From: Dehalococcoidia bacterium
GTDB lineage: Bacteria; Chloroflexota; Dehalococcoidia; UBA6926
DNA: 64,000 nucleotides
Reading direction: 5' to 3'
NCBI GenBank assembly: GCA_009841045.1
Contig: VXMO01000010.1
Location: forward strand, 6,544-70,543
The notes beneath the pieces were generated by a model. That model was given only the letters and a program-made list of their open reading frames with translations, made no database searches and was not told the DNA's origin. Position numbers and translations under genes: made by a program. Position 1 is the stretch's first letter. The number at the start of each line of letters is the position of its first letter. Below are positions 8,313 to 19,873 of the stretch, in pieces.

Positions 8313-10343
8313 CTAACCCAGGTCGCCTTGATCACGGCCTGTGGCGTCCCTGAACGGGGAATCGCTCCACGGGAAGATGTTGGCGGCGGTTTCCAGCAAG
8401 GGGAAGTCATCTCCGGGATGGAAGACGGCGACGCCATTCGCCGTGCCAACCCACAGGTTGCCGTCTCGATCAAGCAAGAGTTCATTGACGCGATTGCTCG
8501 GCAACGGTGTTGACTCCGCCGTATAGACCATCCAGAGCTCGTCGTTCACAAGCCCAACGAGGCCGCCGTCCGTGCCGACCCAATAGCGGCCCGTTTCCGT
8601 ATCTTCGGCGAATGAGCGGACGTTGTCGTTGGGGAGGCGTCCATTGGCCCGATTCAACTTGATCCACTGCTGGCCGTCATAGATAGCGACTCCATCACCG
8701 ATGGTTCCGAACCACATGCGGCCCTGGCTGTCTTCACGGGAGGCAAGGACGAGGTCGGTGCGGATATCGGCGTTCTCCGTTTTCAGGCTGTTCCAGATGC
8801 CGTTGTCGAAGATGTTGATGCCCTGCCAGTGCGTGAGCCAGACGCGACCCGCGGAATCTTCCGTGACAACACTGATGATGTTGGTGTTCAGGCCGTCGCC
8901 GCGGTTGTAGAGCGTCCATTCGCCGTCTTCAAGCACGGCCGCGCCGAGGCCGGTGGCAAACCACACCCGGTCCTGGCTGTCGTAGTAGACGTTGAAGAGG
9001 GAGTTGCTGGGAAGTTGCTGCTCCCCTTCGACATCACCGAACCTGTCGTATTCGGTCCATTCACCATTGTCATAGACAGAGCCGCCGCTGAGTGTGGACA
9101 TCCAGACGCGTCCGTGTTTGTCCTCCGCGAGGCCGGTCACGTATCGATAGGCGAGGCCGCTGTTGAACTGGGTAAAGGTCTCCCAAACACGGCCATCAAA
9201 CTTGGCGACGCCCTGGGACGTGGCCACCCAGATGTTGCCTTGGCTGTCTTCAAGGAGCCCGTAAACATCGTTGGCGGGGAGGCCGGTTTCCGCCGGAAAG
9301 AGCCATTCATACGTCTCTTCCTCGGGGTCATATATGGTGACGCCACCGCCGTAGGTCACGATCCAGAGAGTGCCGTCCTCGTCCCAATGCAAGTCCTCAA
9401 CGAAATGGTGGGAGAGTTCGCGCTGCCTGACCCTGAGCGGTTCAGTGAACAAAGTCCCATCAAAGGTTGCAATGCCGGCTTCCGTGCCTACCCAGAGGAT
9501 TTCTTCATCGTTGACGGCGTCTTCATCCGGCGTCTGGAAAACGAGGGCCGTTACGAAGTTGGACGGCATGCCCTCCAGGACTGTGTACGGGTCTTCTCTC
9601 CATTCACCATCGGCATGCAGAACGTTCAGGCCACCGCCGTACGCGCCGATGTACAGATCGCCATCGGAGTTTTCAAGGAAAACGCGGATCTCGTTTGCGG
9701 CCAGGGGGCTGTTTTCTGCTGTGTAGACGGTGCGCTGTCCGTCTGCATCGAACACCACTGCACCGCCCTTTGATCCAACCCAGATGCGGCCCTCAGAGTC
9801 CTCGTAGAAGGTCCAGATACGATCGTCAGGAAGGCCGTTATCCAAGTTGAATGACGTCCATTCACCATCTTCAAGGATGCGGATGCCCTCGCCCCACGTG
9901 CCGACCCATGTCCGGTCCTGACTGTCGAGCAGGAGCGCGGAGACAAACACGTCATCCAGCCCAAGTTCCCCGTCTTGATCAAGGCGCGACCATTGGCCCT
10001 CTTCAAGAACGACGATGCCCTTCTCGGTTCCGACCCAGACGACGCCATGCGGATGGTAGATGAACGACGTGGTGCGCGCGGTGATGCCGCTGTTGGTGGC
10101 GTTGTAGGTGATGAGCGCCCCGTCGTCGTACAGGGACGCGCCGTTTTCGAAGCTCGCGAACCACTTGCGCCCATGGACGTCTTCATAGACTTCCGTGAGG
10201 AACCAGCTGGCGATGCTGGTGTTTTCGACGTTGTAGACGGTCCAAAGGCCGCGGCTTGAATTGGTCTGCTCACCGCCGCCGGCGGCGCCAACGAGGACAA
10301 GCAACGTCAACGACGCCAACGAGATGCCGCGGAATACGTTCAC
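8313..10343 (-). CDS. Secreted protein composed of two-component-regulator beta-propeller (Reg_prop-like) repeats.
   Basis: N-terminal signal peptide. About 14 repeats of the D..G.(I/L)W(V/F)GT..G(L/V) blade motif. No kinase or other output domain. Confidence 0.65.
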   Translation of the reverse strand: MNVFRGISLASLTLLVLVGAAGGGEQTNSSRGLWTVYNVENTSIASWFLTEVYEDVHGRKWFASFENGASLYDDGALITYNATNSGITARTTSFIYHPHGVVWVGTEKGIVVLEEGQWSRLDQDGELGLDDVFVSALLLDSQDRTWVGTWGEGIRILEDGEWTSFNLDNGLPDDRIWTFYEDSEGRIWVGSKGGAVVFDADGQRTVYTAENSPLAANEIRVFLENSDGDLYIGAYGGGLNVLHADGEWREDPYTVLEGMPSNFVTALVFQTPDEDAVNDEEILWVGTEAGIATFDGTLFTEPLRVRQRELSHHFVEDLHWDEDGTLWIVTYGGGVTIYDPEEETYEWLFPAETGLPANDVYGLLEDSQGNIWVATSQGVAKFDGRVWETFTQFNSGLAYRYVTGLAEDKHGRVWMSTLSGGSVYDNGEWTEYDRFGDVEGEQQLPSNSLFNVYYDSQDRVWFATGLGAAVLEDGEWTLYNRGDGLNTNIISVVTEDSAGRVWLTHWQGINIFDNGIWNSLKTENADIRTDLVLASREDSQGRMWFGTIGDGVAIYDGQQWIKLNRANGRLPNDNVRSFAEDTETGRYWVGTDGGLVGLVNDELWMVYTAESTPLPSNRVNELLLDRDGNLWVGTANGVAVFHPGDDFPLLETAANIFPWSDSPFRDATGRDQGDLG

Positions 10344-10582
10344 AGCCTATTTCCTCTATGGTCGATGCGGGCGTGTTGTTCCATGCGATTCATTCTGTAG
10401 ACGTGTGTGGTCAACCACTCTGACCACACAGTTTAGCGCGGAATTCGGCGAGTGGCGCAGACTCACGGAAAAATGACGGCTATAGGAGTCGCATGGTACG
10501 ATACGGCGTGTCTGTTACTGCCAAGAGCGGCGTCATTCAGTGGTGGGACTAACTGAGCCGCCTTGCGCAAAGGGGGTACCAA

Positions 10583-11011
10583 TTGGCGGATGAGGTTCTT
10601 GGCGTGTCCGTTGGAACCGTCGTGTCATTCACGAAAGAGATTTCAGCGCATGACGTGGAGCAGTTCGCGGAGGCGTCCGGTGACGTTCAGCCCATCCACC
10701 TGGATGACAATTACGCCAAGCGGACGCGCTTTGGTAATCGAATAGCGCACGGCATGCTCACGGCGGGCGTTATCTCCGCCGCAATCGGCACTCAGTTGGT
10801 GCCGAACGCAATCGCCATCTATATGGGACAGACATTGCAGTTCCGGGCTCCTGTGTGGCTTGGGGACTCGATCACTGCAACCCTTGAGGTCACCGAGCTT
10901 GACGTTGAGCGCCGCCGCGCCACCATTTCGACCACGTGCACGAATCAGAAAGATGAAGTGGTCCTCACCGGTGAGGCGCTTGTGATGCTGGACACCGTGC
11001 GTGACGAGTAG
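10583..11011 (+). CDS. MaoC-like (R)-specific enoyl-CoA hydratase (single hotdog).
   Basis: 142 aa. RIAHGMLT...G hotdog dehydratase motif. Confidence 0.75.
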   Translation: MADEVLGVSVGTVVSFTKEISAHDVEQFAEASGDVQPIHLDDNYAKRTRFGNRIAHGMLTAGVISAAIGTQLVPNAIAIYMGQTLQFRAPVWLGDSITATLEVTELDVERRRATISTTCTNQKDEVVLTGEALVMLDTVRDE

Positions 11012-11081
11012 CGTGGCGCGTAATTGGCAGCATCGGCGCGACCGGGTCGTTTTCCAGTATCCGTACAGGAGGCCAATTTAG

Positions 11082-12113
11082 ATGTTCGTTCTTGACCAGG
11101 GCAGCCGAATCGTCGTTCCGCGGACGGAGATGACGTATCCCGGCCACAACATGCGGATGCATGAGAATGCGGCCTCCGCGCCAGTCGACCATGTGATGGC
11201 AGATCTTGAGGACGCGTGCCCCTATGAGTTCAAGGGCGAGCCATCCCGCAACACGATCATGGAGGCGTTCAACACGCTGAATTACGGCGAGAAGGTGGTC
11301 ACGTTCCGCCCGAACAACATCCATTCCCGCTTCTTCCTCGGCGACGTGGAAACGATCATGCGGGGGGCGGTCGACAAGTTCCACGGAATCATCCTGCCGA
11401 AGGTGACGGGGCCTGAGGACGTCATCTACGTGTCACGCCTGCTTGATGCCCTTGAGCTTGAGGCGGGCTGGACGACAAAGGTTGCCATTGAGACGTTGAT
11501 CGAGACGCCGGAGGCGATGGTCAACGTCAGCAAGATCGCGACGGCCTCGCCCCGGATGGCGGGGTTGATCTTCGGCATCGCGGACTTTGCGGCGGTGATG
11601 GGCGTCGTGGACGTCGTCGAAGACCAGAACAAGAACTTCCACTACGCCAAGCAGCACATGGCGGTGGCGGCAAAGGCGGCTGAGCTGCACGCCATCGACA
11701 ACGTGTTCTTCACCCTCGTCCGGCGCGACACGTCGGAGGAGGACGCGGCGAAGATCAATGAGGACCTGCTGCAGAAGAACGTCGAGGCGGCGAACCTGGG
11801 TATGGACGGCACATGGATCATCCACCCGCAACAGGCGCCGATGGCCAACATGGCGTACACGCCGAGTGATTCCCTGACCGAATACGCTTCGCGGTTGATT
11901 GACAATTACCATGAGCGCGGCGGCGGAGCGTTCGTCTTTGAGGAGACGGGCGAGTTCGTCGATGAGGCGACGGCCAAGGGGTATCTTGTGCTGCTGGCGA
12001 AGGCCGCGCAGGCCGGCAAAGTTGAATCGGATTGGTTGTCCGAGCACGCCGCGCGACACGCGGAAATCACCGGCTACGACGTACTGCGGCAGGCGGGCCG
12101 ACACGTCGCCTAG
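11082..12113 (+). CDS. HpcH/CitE-like acyl-CoA lyase (malyl-CoA/beta-methylmalyl-CoA/citramalyl-CoA lyase family).
   Basis: DLEDAxP motif and ETPEAMVNV...ASPRMAGLIFGIADFAA, as in CitE and Mcl lyases. 343 aa. Confidence 0.7.
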   Translation: MFVLDQGSRIVVPRTEMTYPGHNMRMHENAASAPVDHVMADLEDACPYEFKGEPSRNTIMEAFNTLNYGEKVVTFRPNNIHSRFFLGDVETIMRGAVDKFHGIILPKVTGPEDVIYVSRLLDALELEAGWTTKVAIETLIETPEAMVNVSKIATASPRMAGLIFGIADFAAVMGVVDVVEDQNKNFHYAKQHMAVAAKAAELHAIDNVFFTLVRRDTSEEDAAKINEDLLQKNVEAANLGMDGTWIIHPQQAPMANMAYTPSDSLTEYASRLIDNYHERGGGAFVFEETGEFVDEATAKGYLVLLAKAAQAGKVESDWLSEHAARHAEITGYDVLRQAGRHVA

Positions 12114-12136
12114 AGAAACCGCCGTCCGAGAGCGTC

Positions 12137-13297
12137 ATGCCTGATCCCATCATCGAACCTCAGGACGCCATTGCGGCTGAGGTGCGCAGGTGGGTCGACC
12201 GGGAGGTTGTGCCGGTCGTTGACGAGCTTGAGCACAACAACACCTTCCCGGACCAGCTCGTGCAGGGGATGCGGGAGCTTGGCCTTTTCGAGTTGATGAT
12301 TCCGCAGGAGTACGGCGGCATCGGCGCGACGTATGTGAGCTATTCCGGCGTGGTGGAGGAACTGGCGCGGGGGTGGATGAGCCTCGGCGGGATTCTGAAC
12401 ACCCACGTCATCATCACGCACCTTGTCGCCTCGTACGGCACGGATGACCAGAAGCAGCGGTATCTGCCGCAGCTGGCGACGGCTGAGCGGCGGGGCGCAT
12501 TGACCATTACGGAGCCGAACGCGGGCTCCGACGTGCAGGCAATCCAGACCGTTGCGGTGAAGGATGGCGACGACTACGTGGTGAACGGCTCCAAGCTGTT
12601 CGTGAGCAACGGGCGGCGCGGCGGCCTATTCGCGATGGCCGTCAAGACGGATCCCCACGTGGACCCGCGTTATCGCGGCATCTCCTGCCTGCTTGTTCAG
12701 CCCGAATACCCGGGCTTCAATGTGACACGCGACATTGAGAAGCTGGGCTACAAGGGCATCGAGGCGTCCGAGCTATCGATGGACGACCTCCGTGTGCCTG
12801 CGAGTAACCTGCTCGGCGGCGAGGAGGGACAGGGATTCTTCCAGATACTGAGCGGGGTCGAGGTGGGGCGCGTGAACACGGCTGCGCGGGCCGTCGGCGT
12901 GGCGCGGGCGGCGTTCGAGGCTGCCGCGACGTATGCGCAGCAGCGGCAGGCGTTCGGCAAGCCCATCGGAGAGCACCAGGCCATTCAGCTCAAACTCGCT
13001 GATATGTACACAAACATCACCGCGGCACGGCTGTTGGCGCGGTGGGCGGCGGGCGTTAAAGACCAGGGCGGGCGCGCCGACACCGAAGTTGGCATGGCCA
13101 AGCTGTTCGCGACGGAGGTGGCGACGCAGGCGACGCTGGAGTCCATGCGGATTCACGGCGGGATAGGCTATACGAAGGAGATGCCGGTGGAGCGGTTCTT
13201 CCGCGACGCGCCCGGCATGATGATCTATGAGGGCACCAACGAGATTCAGCGGACGATCATCGCTCGCAGTGTGCTGCAGCGGTACGCGGTGAGCTAG
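12137..13297 (+). CDS. Acyl-CoA dehydrogenase.
   Basis: ACAD motifs: LTITEPNAGSD, C-terminal catalytic Glu region YEGTNEIQR. Start at ATG 12137, after the lyase stop. Confidence 0.85.
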   Translation: MPDPIIEPQDAIAAEVRRWVDREVVPVVDELEHNNTFPDQLVQGMRELGLFELMIPQEYGGIGATYVSYSGVVEELARGWMSLGGILNTHVIITHLVASYGTDDQKQRYLPQLATAERRGALTITEPNAGSDVQAIQTVAVKDGDDYVVNGSKLFVSNGRRGGLFAMAVKTDPHVDPRYRGISCLLVQPEYPGFNVTRDIEKLGYKGIEASELSMDDLRVPASNLLGGEEGQGFFQILSGVEVGRVNTAARAVGVARAAFEAAATYAQQRQAFGKPIGEHQAIQLKLADMYTNITAARLLARWAAGVKDQGGRADTEVGMAKLFATEVATQATLESMRIHGGIGYTKEMPVERFFRDAPGMMIYEGTNEIQRTIIARSVLQRYAVS

Positions 13298-13316
13298 GCG
13301 AGAATTAGGAGCACTG

Positions 13317-13341
13317 GATTCCTGCTTTCGCGGGAATGACG
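13317..13341 (+). repeat. Hairpin repeat copy: GGATTCCTGCTTTCGCGGGAATGAC.
   Basis: Intergenic between the ACAD and the second MaoC gene. One G-U wobble position in the stem. Confidence 0.6.
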
Positions 13342-13355
13342 AGTGGGAGACGAGG

Positions 13356-13820
13356 ATGCAATTCGGACGGTATCTTGAGGAGTTTGAAGAGGGAGCGGTG
13401 TACAAGCACTGGCCCGGCAGGACGATCACGCAGGCGGACGATATCGCATTCTGCATGTTGACGATGAATCACCACCCCCTGCACATCGACGAAGAGTTCG
13501 GCAAGAACAGCCAATTCGGCCAGAACGTGGTCGTGGGCAACCTGGTTGTGGATATTGCTTTCGGGTTGAGCGTTTCAGATGTTTCCGGTCGCGCCATTGC
13601 GAACCTGGGGCTGGATGAGATCCGATTCCACAAGCCCACGTTCCATGGGGATACCATATACGCGGAGACGGAAGTGCTGTCTGTGCGGCCAAGCGATACA
13701 CGGCCGGATCGGGGCGTCGTGACGGTGGAGACCCGCGCGACGAATCAACGCGAAGAGACGGTGATGACGTTCAAGCGGAGCGTGCTGATTCCGCGAAAGC
13801 CGGAGGACAGTGAGGGTTAG
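13356..13820 (+). CDS. MaoC-like dehydratase (second single-hotdog hydratase).
   Basis: 154 aa. HIDEEFGK...G.N.V hotdog fold. Confidence 0.75.
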   Translation: MQFGRYLEEFEEGAVYKHWPGRTITQADDIAFCMLTMNHHPLHIDEEFGKNSQFGQNVVVGNLVVDIAFGLSVSDVSGRAIANLGLDEIRFHKPTFHGDTIYAETEVLSVRPSDTRPDRGVVTVETRATNQREETVMTFKRSVLIPRKPEDSEG

Positions 13821-13831
13821 GGGGCGTCGCT

Positions 13832-15496
13832 ATGGCAACACGCTCTGAAGAAGACATCCGCGCGGCTCAGACCGCGTGGGAGGAAAAGACGGCCGGCGCT
13901 CGTGAGCGCAAGGAGTCGTTTGGCACAGACTCGATTGAGGGCATCAGCCGTGCCTATTCGCCTGAGAATGTCTCCGATCTGGATTTTCTCAATGACGTAG
14001 GATTTCCGGGCGAATACCCATTCACGCGGGGCGTGCAACCAACGATGTATCGCGGTCGGCTTTGGTCCATGCGGCAGTACGCCGGATTCGGCACGCCGAC
14101 GGAATCTAACGAGCGATTCCGCTATCTGCTGGAGCAGGGGCAGACGGGGCTATCCGTCGCCTTTGATCTCCCAACACAGCTTGGCTACGACTCCGATGAT
14201 TCTCATTCGCTTGGCGAGGTCGGGAAGGTTGGCGTGGCCATCGACTCTCTGCGCGACATGGAGTTGATGTTCGAGGACATCCCGCTGGACAAGGTCAGCA
14301 CGTCCATGACCATCAATGCGCCGGCTGCGCTGCTTGTCGCCATGTACGTGGCTGTAGGCGAAAAGCAGGGTCATGAACCCGCCGCGTTGACGGGCACTGC
14401 CCAGAACGACGTGCTGAAGGAGTACATCGCGCGGGGGACGTATATCTACCCGCCCGGGCCGTCGCTGCGGCTTGCGGCTGATCTGGTTGGCTACTGCGCC
14501 CGGGAGATGCCGCGATTCAACAGCATCTCCATCAGCGGCTATCACATGCGTGACGCCGGCAGCACGGCGGCGCAGGAGATCGCTTTCACGTTCGCCAACG
14601 CCATCGCGTACGGCGAGGCATTTGTTGAGCGCGGCGTCGACGCGGACTCATGGGGGCCGCGCGTCTCATGGATCTTCAATACGCACAACAACTTCCTTGA
14701 GGAGGTCGCCAAGTACCGCGCATTGCGCCGCATGTGGGCGAAGATCATGAAGGAGCGGTTCGGGGCACAGGACCCGCGCTCGTGGATGCTGCGCACGCAT
14801 ACGCAGACGGGCGGATCGACGCTGACGGCGCAGCAGCCGCAGAACAACATCGTCCGCGCAGCGTACCAGGCCATGGCGGCAGTGCTGGGCGGCGTGCAGA
14901 GCCTGGCGCTTTCGTGTTACGACGAGGCGCTTGGCATCCCGACGGATGAGGCGCAGCGTGTCGCGCTGCGCACTCAGCAGATTCTGGCGCATGAGACCGG
15001 AGTGGCGGACACGGTGGACCCGTTGGCCGGTTCGTACTTCGTCGAGTGGATGACCAACAACCTTGAAGAGAAGGCGTGGCAGTACCTGCGCCAGATCGAG
15101 GACCTCGGCGGCGCGGTTACGGCAATCGAGAACGGCGTCATTCAGAAGGAGATCGCGCAGGCGTCCTATGACATGGCGCAGTCCATTGAGAATGGCGACC
15201 AAGTTGTGGTTGGCGTCAATTCGTTCACCGACGGCAATGAGGACCAGTCGCTGCAGGTGTTCCGCGTGGACAACCGTGTTGTTGCGGAACAGCATCAGTC
15301 GCTGGAGCGAGTGCGTGCCGAGCGGAGCGCGGAGGACGTCAACAATACGCTTGAGGCGCTTCGAGGCGCGGCGCGCGGAGACGGCGATCTCATGGAGCCG
15401 ATCCTGGGCGCGGTGCGCGCCTATGCGACGACAGGCGAGATCAGCGGCGCGTTGCGGGATGTGTTCGGTGAGTACACGCCGCCGGTTGAGGTGTAG
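13832..15496 (+). CDS. Methylmalonyl-CoA mutase family, large catalytic subunit (split form without the B12-binding domain).
   Basis: [25 protein letters not shown] and [18 protein letters not shown]. 554 aa, the size of split large subunits. No B12-binding small-subunit gene follows. Confidence 0.85.
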   Translation: MATRSEEDIRAAQTAWEEKTAGARERKESFGTDSIEGISRAYSPENVSDLDFLNDVGFPGEYPFTRGVQPTMYRGRLWSMRQYAGFGTPTESNERFRYLLEQGQTGLSVAFDLPTQLGYDSDDSHSLGEVGKVGVAIDSLRDMELMFEDIPLDKVSTSMTINAPAALLVAMYVAVGEKQGHEPAALTGTAQNDVLKEYIARGTYIYPPGPSLRLAADLVGYCAREMPRFNSISISGYHMRDAGSTAAQEIAFTFANAIAYGEAFVERGVDADSWGPRVSWIFNTHNNFLEEVAKYRALRRMWAKIMKERFGAQDPRSWMLRTHTQTGGSTLTAQQPQNNIVRAAYQAMAAVLGGVQSLALSCYDEALGIPTDEAQRVALRTQQILAHETGVADTVDPLAGSYFVEWMTNNLEEKAWQYLRQIEDLGGAVTAIENGVIQKEIAQASYDMAQSIENGDQVVVGVNSFTDGNEDQSLQVFRVDNRVVAEQHQSLERVRAERSAEDVNNTLEALRGAARGDGDLMEPILGAVRAYATTGEISGALRDVFGEYTPPVEV

Positions 15497-15540
15497 GCGA
15501 CAAGTACGATTATCAGAACTAATCGATATGGACGCTCTCT

Positions 15541-15565
15541 GGATTCCCGCTTTCGCGGGAATGAC
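15541..15565 (+). repeat. Hairpin repeat, perfect copy 1 of a tandem pair: GGATTCCCGCTTTCGCGGGAATGAC.
   Basis: 8-bp stem with a 4-nt loop. Lies between the mutase and the reductase genes. Confidence 0.65.
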
Positions 15566-15590
15566 GAAGGGAGTTGGGACGAGACCCGAT

Positions 15591-15615
15591 GGATTCCCGC
15601 TTTCGCGGGAATGAC
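15591..15615 (+). repeat. Hairpin repeat, perfect copy 2 of the tandem pair.
   Basis: Identical 25-mer, 25 nt downstream of copy 1. Confidence 0.65.
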
Positions 15616-15650
15616 GGAGCAGAGAAGTTAGGAAACAGGGGGTAAGGACG

Positions 15651-16400
15651 ATGGCAGGACTGTTGGACGGCAAGGTGGCGCTGGTTACGGGTGGATCACG
15701 CGGCATTGGCCGCGCAACGGCAATCGAGCTGGCGGCGAGCGGCGCATCGGTGGCCGTGAACTACAACGCGAACGAGGAAGCCGCGAACTCTGTGGTCAGT
15801 GAGATCACGGGCGCGGGCGGCAAGGCCGGCGCGTACCAGTTCAATATTGCAGACCGCGCGGCGGTTGATTCCCAGATTGATCAGATCGTGTCCGACCTCG
15901 GACCGGTCCAGATTCTGGTCAACAACGCGGGCGCGACTGCAGACCGCACGCTCAGGAACATGTCCGACGAGCAGTGGGACAGCGTCATCGAAGTCAACCT
16001 GACCGGCACATTCAATGTGACCAAGAAGGTCTGGAACATCATGGGCGAGGCCGGCGGCGGCCACATCGTCAATATCAGTTCCATCGTCGGCGAGGCCGGA
16101 CGGCTTGGTCTGATCAACTACTCGACGGCCAAGGCGGGGCTTTTGGGCTTCACCAAGACGGCAGCGAGAGAGGGCGCGCGCACCAACATCCAGGTGAACG
16201 CCATCGCGCCCGGGTTCATCGATACGGATATGATTTCCGGCCTGACCCCGGAGATGAAGGAGAACCTCAAGAAGGAGGCCGTTCTGGGCCGACTGGGCGA
16301 GGTTGAGGAGATCGCGAAGGTCGTGCGGTTCATCGTGAGCGAGGCGAGCTACATGACGGGCGCGACGATCGACGTGAACGGCGGGATGTACTACCGCTAG
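15651..16400 (+). CDS. SDR reductase, acetoacetyl-CoA reductase (PhaB)-like.
   Basis: VTGGSRGIG; NISSIVGEAGRLGLINYSTAKAG. The NYSTAKAG and FNVTK motifs resemble PhaB more than FabG. Confidence 0.75.
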   Translation: MAGLLDGKVALVTGGSRGIGRATAIELAASGASVAVNYNANEEAANSVVSEITGAGGKAGAYQFNIADRAAVDSQIDQIVSDLGPVQILVNNAGATADRTLRNMSDEQWDSVIEVNLTGTFNVTKKVWNIMGEAGGGHIVNISSIVGEAGRLGLINYSTAKAGLLGFTKTAAREGARTNIQVNAIAPGFIDTDMISGLTPEMKENLKKEAVLGRLGEVEEIAKVVRFIVSEASYMTGATIDVNGGMYYR

Positions 16401-16448
16401 GACTCGATCGGTTACCACGGGCACACAAACCCAAGGGGGAATCAAACC

Positions 16449-17636
16449 ATGAGCGATGCAGTGATCGTGAGCGCGGTGCGAACCGCAGTGGGAAGCATGG
16501 GCGGCGGCCTTTCCGGTGTTGCGGCGCCAAAGCTGGGCGCAGTCACCATTGAGGAGGCCATCAAGCGCGCGGGCGTTCCGGATGAGATTCAGCCCGATGA
16601 GGTCCTGATGGGGAACGTGATCCAGGCGGGACTGGGACAGAATCCCGCGCGGCAGTCCGCCATCCAGAGCGGACTGCCTGTGAGCGTGCCCGCCACCACC
16701 ATCAACAAGGTGTGCGGCTCCGGGCTCAAGACCGTCATCCTCGCCTCACAGGCCATTCGCGCCGGCGATGCAAACTACGTGGTCGCGGGCGGCATGGAGA
16801 ACATGAGCCAAGGCCCGTACCTGGTGCAAAACGGCCGCTACGGCTATCGGCTCGGCAACGCCGAGTTGGTCGACGCGACGGTCCACGACGGGCTGTGGTG
16901 CGCGATGGAAGATTGCCACATGGGCATCACGGCGGAGAACGTGGCCGCCGAGTATGGCGTGTCACGCGAGGACCAGGACGCTTTCTCCGCTGAGTCACAA
17001 CGACGGGCCGGTCAGGCGATGACCAGCGGCCGGTTCGCGGATGAGATCGTCAACGTGGAGATTCCACAGCGACGCGGCGATCCCGTTGTCGTGAACACTG
17101 ATGAGTACCCGCGCCCCGACTCCACGACGGAGACGCTGGGCAGGCTGCGTCCCGCCTTCACGCAGGACAACGGCACGGTCACGGCGGGCAACGCCTCCGG
17201 CATCAATGACGGCGCGGCGACGACAATCGTCGTTTCCGAAGAGTTCGCCAACGAGCATGGCCTGAAGCCCCTGGCGAAGGTGCGCGGTTACGCCTCCGCG
17301 GGCGTCGATCCTCGCATCATGGGCATCGGGCCCATCAGCGCCATGCAGCGGGCCGTCCGCCACGCGGGATTGTCCATCAGCGACATTGATCTGTTTGAGT
17401 TGAACGAGGCGTTCGCGGCACAGTCTGTGGCGGTGACGCGTGAGCTTGAGCTGGACACGGACAGGGTGAACGTGAACGGCGGCGCAATCGCCATCGGTCA
17501 TCCGATCGGCGCGTCCGGCACGCGCATCCTCGTGACCCTGCTGCATGAGATGCAGCGGCGCGAGGCGCAGTTCGGCATGGCATCGCTGTGCATCGGCGGC
17601 GGCCAGGGCATCGCGCTGGTGGTTGAAGCTGCGTAA
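16449..17636 (+). CDS. Acetyl-CoA C-acetyltransferase (thiolase II).
   Basis: Active-site Cys region NKVCGSGLK; C-terminal [14 protein letters not shown] and CIGGGQG. Confidence 0.85.
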   Translation: MSDAVIVSAVRTAVGSMGGGLSGVAAPKLGAVTIEEAIKRAGVPDEIQPDEVLMGNVIQAGLGQNPARQSAIQSGLPVSVPATTINKVCGSGLKTVILASQAIRAGDANYVVAGGMENMSQGPYLVQNGRYGYRLGNAELVDATVHDGLWCAMEDCHMGITAENVAAEYGVSREDQDAFSAESQRRAGQAMTSGRFADEIVNVEIPQRRGDPVVVNTDEYPRPDSTTETLGRLRPAFTQDNGTVTAGNASGINDGAATTIVVSEEFANEHGLKPLAKVRGYASAGVDPRIMGIGPISAMQRAVRHAGLSISDIDLFELNEAFAAQSVAVTRELELDTDRVNVNGGAIAIGHPIGASGTRILVTLLHEMQRREAQFGMASLCIGGGQGIALVVEAA

Positions 17637-17754
17637 GCTAAATCCGAATTGGCAGTCGGTGGGTCTGAGCGCGAATCAAATGGAGGGTGGCGGGACTCAT
17701 CACGTCATCTATGGGTCTTGCGTGAGGGATGTTGATATGCGTATACTGCGCGTG

Positions 17755-17781
17755 TTAGCACTCTCGGCGCGAGAGTGCTAA
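17755..17781 (+). promoter_or_regulatory. CIRCE operator (HrcA binding site) upstream of groES.
   Basis: TTAGCACTC-N9-GAGTGCTAA is a perfect match to the CIRCE consensus, 53 nt upstream of groES. A TATACT -10-like hexamer lies at 17742-17747. Confidence 0.9.
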
Positions 17782-17833
17782 TTCTGCGAAAACGACGGTT
17801 ACAGGGATAGTTACAGGAGGGATAGAGAGAGGT

Positions 17834-18127
17834 ATGGCGCGCACATTTCAGCCGCTGGGAGACCGAATTGTGATCAAGCCGATTGAGCAGGAGGAGGTCT
17901 CCAAGGGGGGGCTGGTCCTGCCGGATACGGCACGGGAGCGTCCGCAAGAGGGTGAGGTCATCGCGGCCGGCCCGGGACGGCTCACGGACGAGGGCAACCG
18001 GATTCCAATGGAACTCGTGGTGGGAGACAAGGTTCTGTACGCGAAGTACGCGGGAACCGAGTTGAAGGAAGACGACGAGGATTACCTGGTGCTCCGGGAG
18101 TCCGACATCCTGGCGAAGATCAGCTAG
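17834..18127 (+). CDS. groES: Co-chaperonin GroES.
   Basis: 97 aa; GroES-like throughout, including the mobile-loop region (VLPDTARE). Confidence 0.95.
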   Translation: MARTFQPLGDRIVIKPIEQEEVSKGGLVLPDTARERPQEGEVIAAGPGRLTDEGNRIPMELVVGDKVLYAKYAGTELKEDDEDYLVLRESDILAKIS

Positions 18128-19771
<1,644 letters not shown>

Positions 19772-19797
19772 GCCGACTCACCTGATTCGAGACCGCA

Positions 19798-19831
19798 AGT
19801 CCCCCGCTCACCACTTGGTGAGCGGGGGACT
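19798..19831 (+). terminator. Perfect 15-bp stem-loop just after groEL (likely terminator, no U-tract).
   Basis: AGTCCCCCGCTCACC-ACTT-GGTGAGCGGGGGACT begins 27 nt after the groEL stop. Confidence 0.5.
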
Positions 19832-19873
19832 GCTACATTAACGGCCTATAGGGTCACGCACGGGGAGGAACTC

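Noticed and set aside
14666-15706. 346-aa minus-strand ORF antisense to the mutase gene and spanning the hairpin repeats.
   Set aside because: Overlaps a well-supported CDS. Its translation includes the repeat pseudo-peptide (IPAKAGIQ) and is low complexity.
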